Below are positions 37,260 through 40,071 of a stretch of DNA of 40,071 bases, piece by piece. The position numbers and the translations under genes are program-made. The notes beneath the pieces are model-generated. The model saw nothing but the letters and a program-made list of their open reading frames with translations. It was not told where the DNA came from and did not search any database. The number at the start of each line of letters is the position of its first letter. The stretch's first letter is position 1. This stretch comes from a virus (lineage: Duplodnaviria; Caudoviricetes), in the IMG/VR virus record IMGVR_UViG_3300035562_000123, positions 1 through 40,071 of that record. One strand, written 5' to 3'.

Positions 37260-37457
37260 TCAGGCGACCTCCTTGCGGGACTCAGCAATACGTTGATTAA
37301 CCCAGTCGTCAATCTCGCTTTCAACGAAGGCAATGGCACGAGTGCCAATTTTTACAGATGCAGGGAATTTACCCTGAGACATGAGACGATAGATCCAAGC
37401 CTTACTGTAACCTGTACGGCGCTGGACATCAGGTAATCGGATAAGATTATGTGACAT
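37260..37457 (-). CDS. alpA: AlpA-family regulator/excisionase
   Basis: 65 aa; LIRLPDVQRRTGYSKAWIYRLM..GKFP..VKIG.RAIAFVESEID. Confidence 0.95.
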   Translation of the reverse strand: MSHNLIRLPDVQRRTGYSKAWIYRLMSQGKFPASVKIGTRAIAFVESEIDDWVNQRIAESRKEVA

Positions 37458-37581
37458 GTACCCCCCTGTTTATGGTTATCGTCATTGGTAGACGCTGGTA
37501 GAACAAGGAGGATTAAAATTTAATTAAAAAGTCATGTCACTGCATGCAAAATGCAAAGTTCTGCATGCAAAGCTAAGTTTC

Positions 37582-38541
37582 TTATTTGATTGATTTATTT
37601 GCTTTAGAAAATAGACCATTTACAACCCGCTCACCAAGATTTGGAAGTTTTTTCTCAGCAATAGCAACAGCGAGATCCCCCTGTGTCCATTTTTTAGCCT
37701 TTGAGGTAACTACATTAAGGACGCCACCAAGTAATTTTAATAACTGCTGGCTGGAGATACCATCATCTTTGTCAGATAATTTACGCTCAAACTCTATAAG
37801 GTTTGAAGGGGATATGCCAAACTCACATCCATCAGGTAATCCATCAGCAGGGAAATAATCTCTAGGGTTTAAATAACCCCCTCTTTCCCCGTCATTTGAA
37901 TCTTTGTATCTCTGCTTCAGGTAAGCATCATCAAATCGCTCCATAATATTATAAATCCTACCTTCCTCATCCCTCAAAAACGCCCCATCTAAGTTACATA
38001 GCTCATTAACCTTTCTTTTCCTGTTTATATCCATGAGAGCCATTGCATCGAGACGTTCAGCGCCAATCATAGGCAATTCGTAGGTATACCCCTCAAGGTA
38101 AAGCAGTTCATCAGAATACTCAAGGTAAACCCTTTGAAGTTCGTTGATAAAATATTCATATGTTTTATTGTGTTCTGGGACTGAATCACTGCTACTGTCA
38201 ATTCTCTCAACATACTTCGAATACTCATTTTTTATGTATTCTTCCTCATAAGATTTGTATTCCTCAGTTACTTCTTTGTATGGCTTACACTTCTTTATTG
38301 AAAAGTCCACTTCACATACTTTCTTTAGAAAATCGACGTAAGGAGCTGCCACCCACTTCGCCTCTCTAACAACATATTTATGGGTATATGGAAGACGAAT
38401 GGACAATGTAACTTCTTCATCAATACCAAGTTCAAGAATATCTAACGCGCTAACAGGTTCTTCTATAGCCAATGATAATCGTGCGGCGGCTTCATTTAAA
38501 TCAAGCCATTTTTTTACTTTGAGTATTTTACCTTTCAACAC
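37582..38541 (-). CDS. Hypothetical protein with N-terminal HTH (int-alpA intervening gene)
   Basis: GTG/TTG start after GAGG; KWLDLNEAAARLS..VSALDILEL; AT-rich. Confidence 0.75.
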   Translation of the reverse strand: MLKGKILKVKKWLDLNEAAARLSLAIEEPVSALDILELGIDEEVTLSIRLPYTHKYVVREAKWVAAPYVDFLKKVCEVDFSIKKCKPYKEVTEEYKSYEEEYIKNEYSKYVERIDSSSDSVPEHNKTYEYFINELQRVYLEYSDELLYLEGYTYELPMIGAERLDAMALMDINRKRKVNELCNLDGAFLRDEEGRIYNIMERFDDAYLKQRYKDSNDGERGGYLNPRDYFPADGLPDGCEFGISPSNLIEFERKLSDKDDGISSQQLLKLLGGVLNVVTSKAKKWTQGDLAVAIAEKKLPNLGERVVNGLFSKANKSIK

Positions 38542-38570
38542 ACACCACCTCACACCCTCTAAATTCTGGC

Positions 38571-38626
38571 GGCTATGCCAGCCCACAGAGGTGTGCGGGT
38601 TTTCGGGGATCAGCCTAGACATAGCC
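38571..38626 (-). ncRNA. Structured leader RNA, probably int-alpA motif
   Basis: GGCTATGTC-TAGGCTGATCCCCGAAAA-CCCGCAC..GTGGG-CT-GGCATAGCC between int and alpA; family name from memory. Confidence 0.55.
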
Positions 38627-38723
38627 TTTTCGTTATATCGTCTACTGAAGTCTATCAACTGGTTATCTATCCAGCAACTCCAGCGTGCCAAGGGTTGTTC
38701 TTTTCGAATTATGTAGCATGGGG

Positions 38724-38832
38724 GTCGGTTCAAACGGCCTAAAGTCGGTTCAGGGTCGGTTCAGCAACTCAATAAAAGTACATATAAAACATATAAATAA
38801 ATAATTGAACCTACTGAACCGACTGAACCTAC
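38724..38832. repeat. Iteron array, putative replication origin
   Basis: GTCGGTTCA x3 (38724, 38744, 38755), AT-rich core, inverted TGAACC(T/G)AC x3 (38806, 38815, 38824). Confidence 0.75.
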
Positions 38833-38901
38833 CTACTTTTCTCACACATGAGTGAACGCTATAAGACGGAGATCCATCTTCTGGCTGGCAGCCTACGAAC
38901 G

Positions 38902-40071
38902 CTACAACGACTCGATATAGTCAGCATACCACTGCAACATCTCTCTACGGCCTTCCAGGTACTGCGCATGGTTGTAGGTGCCCCTGATACTGTTCTTATC
39001 GACGTGAGCGAGCTGTAGCTCGATCCAGGCGCTATTAAAGCCCTGTTCGTGCAATATGGTGCTCATCGTATGCCTGAAGCCGTGGCCAGTAACCTTACCG
39101 CCATATCCAATACGCTTGATAACCTGATTGATACTCGCCTCGCTCATCGGCTTCCCTGCATCATTTCTACCGGGGAAAACAAACTTGAAGCCACCTGTTA
39201 TCCTCCTTAAATTCGATAGAATACAAATAGCCTGCTCTGATAGTGGTACAATATGAGGGCGTTTCATTTTCATCCGTTCGTTAGGGACTTGCCAAACTCT
39301 TGAGTCGAGATCGAACTCAGCCCATTCAGCGGCCCGTAATTCGATTGTGCGAGTACCAGTCAACATCAACAATTTTGTTGCATTTTTAGTAACCTCGCTT
39401 CCACTGTAATTATTTAAAGACCGCAGAAAATCGGCAACTTGATCGGAGGATAAGTGAGGGAAATGTTTTTGTTTGGGAGCTTTGAGCACACCGGCCAAAT
39501 CAACCACAGGGTTATTTTCAGCTCGTCCGGATATAACAGCATATGTAAATATTTGTCGGCAAGCCTGCCTGGTTTTTCTGAGTTTATCAAGAACGCCTCG
39601 CTGCTCCATTTTACGCAAAACCGATAGCATTTCGGGTGGTTTTATATCTGATATAACTCTTTTACCAATATGAGGAAAAATATCCTTTTTTAAATATTCA
39701 AGAATGTCGTTAGAATAGCCCTTTGACCATCCATCACATTTATGTGCGTGCCATTCAAGAGCTATTAACTCGAATGTATTATTAGCCTCGGAGGCTTTGG
39801 AGACCCTCTCAATTTTCTTCATTACGCCGGGATCACCGCCAGCGGCTAATGTTCCTTTAGCTTCTTCACGCTTCCCCCGAGCATCGGCAAGGCTGACTGT
39901 GGGATACACACCAAAAACAACTCTTTTCTCCTTACCGGCAATACGGTACTTCATTCTCCAGCTTTTGGTGCCGTTGGGGAAAATTTCTAAGTACATGCCC
40001 CCACCATCGGAGAGCTTGTAAGGTTTGTCTTTTGGCTTGGCAGACTCTATCTGACGCGCATTTAGCTTCAT
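38902..40071 (-). CDS. int: P4-like tyrosine integrase
   Basis: 389 aa; arm-binding KLSDGGGMYL, catalytic GTRTIEL, HGFRH, LAH, YNHA. Confidence 0.97.
   Translation of the reverse strand: MKLNARQIESAKPKDKPYKLSDGGGMYLEIFPNGTKSWRMKYRIAGKEKRVVFGVYPTVSLADARGKREEAKGTLAAGGDPGVMKKIERVSKASEANNTFELIALEWHAHKCDGWSKGYSNDILEYLKKDIFPHIGKRVISDIKPPEMLSVLRKMEQRGVLDKLRKTRQACRQIFTYAVISGRAENNPVVDLAGVLKAPKQKHFPHLSSDQVADFLRSLNNYSGSEVTKNATKLLMLTGTRTIELRAAEWAEFDLDSRVWQVPNERMKMKRPHIVPLSEQAICILSNLRRITGGFKFVFPGRNDAGKPMSEASINQVIKRIGYGGKVTGHGFRHTMSTILHEQGFNSAWIELQLAHVDKNSIRGTYNHAQYLEGRREMLQWYADYIESL

Noticed and set aside
38542-38733. N-terminal extension of the 383-aa ORF
   Set aside because: Overlaps the structured leader and an iteron; a better SD-linked start lies at 38541
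38724-38832. Repeats as CRISPR array or att site
   Set aside because: Units are 9 bp, partly inverted, without unique spacers; no partner att copy seen in the window

Overview
Nearly complete (~40 kb) Enterobacterales prophage, almost entirely on the - strand; both att sites lie outside the window. Reading right to left: (1) a P4/PICI-satellite-type early module with tyrosine integrase, iteron origin, HTH protein, AlpA, Bro-N, a divergent RHH regulator, Icd/Kil-like gene, ORF6N, Zn-ribbon/Toprim/DUF927 primase-helicase and SSB; (2) a lambdoid late switch with Q, pR' and tR'; (3) an RNA cassette with tRNA-Ile2, a remodelled argN-like tRNA, tRNA-Gly, a C4-like antisense RNA and an enlarged tRNA-like RNA; (4) holin/endolysin/spanins; (5) a complete myovirus head and contractile tail; (6) an SGNH-esterase receptor-binding module. 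No lambda-type CI/Cro or O/P genes were seen. Main findings: a probable programmed -1 frameshift fusing TerS to TerL (G-GGA-AAG, 6-nt spacer, 9-bp stem or pseudoknot); a C4-like RNA whose complementary target lies 8.7 kb away, upstream of icd; an SGNH tail protein whose N-terminus mimics the sheath N-terminal arm; a self-contained HEPN two-gene moron; and the satellite-replicon plus full-virion chimerism itself. Family assignments are from recalled motifs and synteny; no database search was run.
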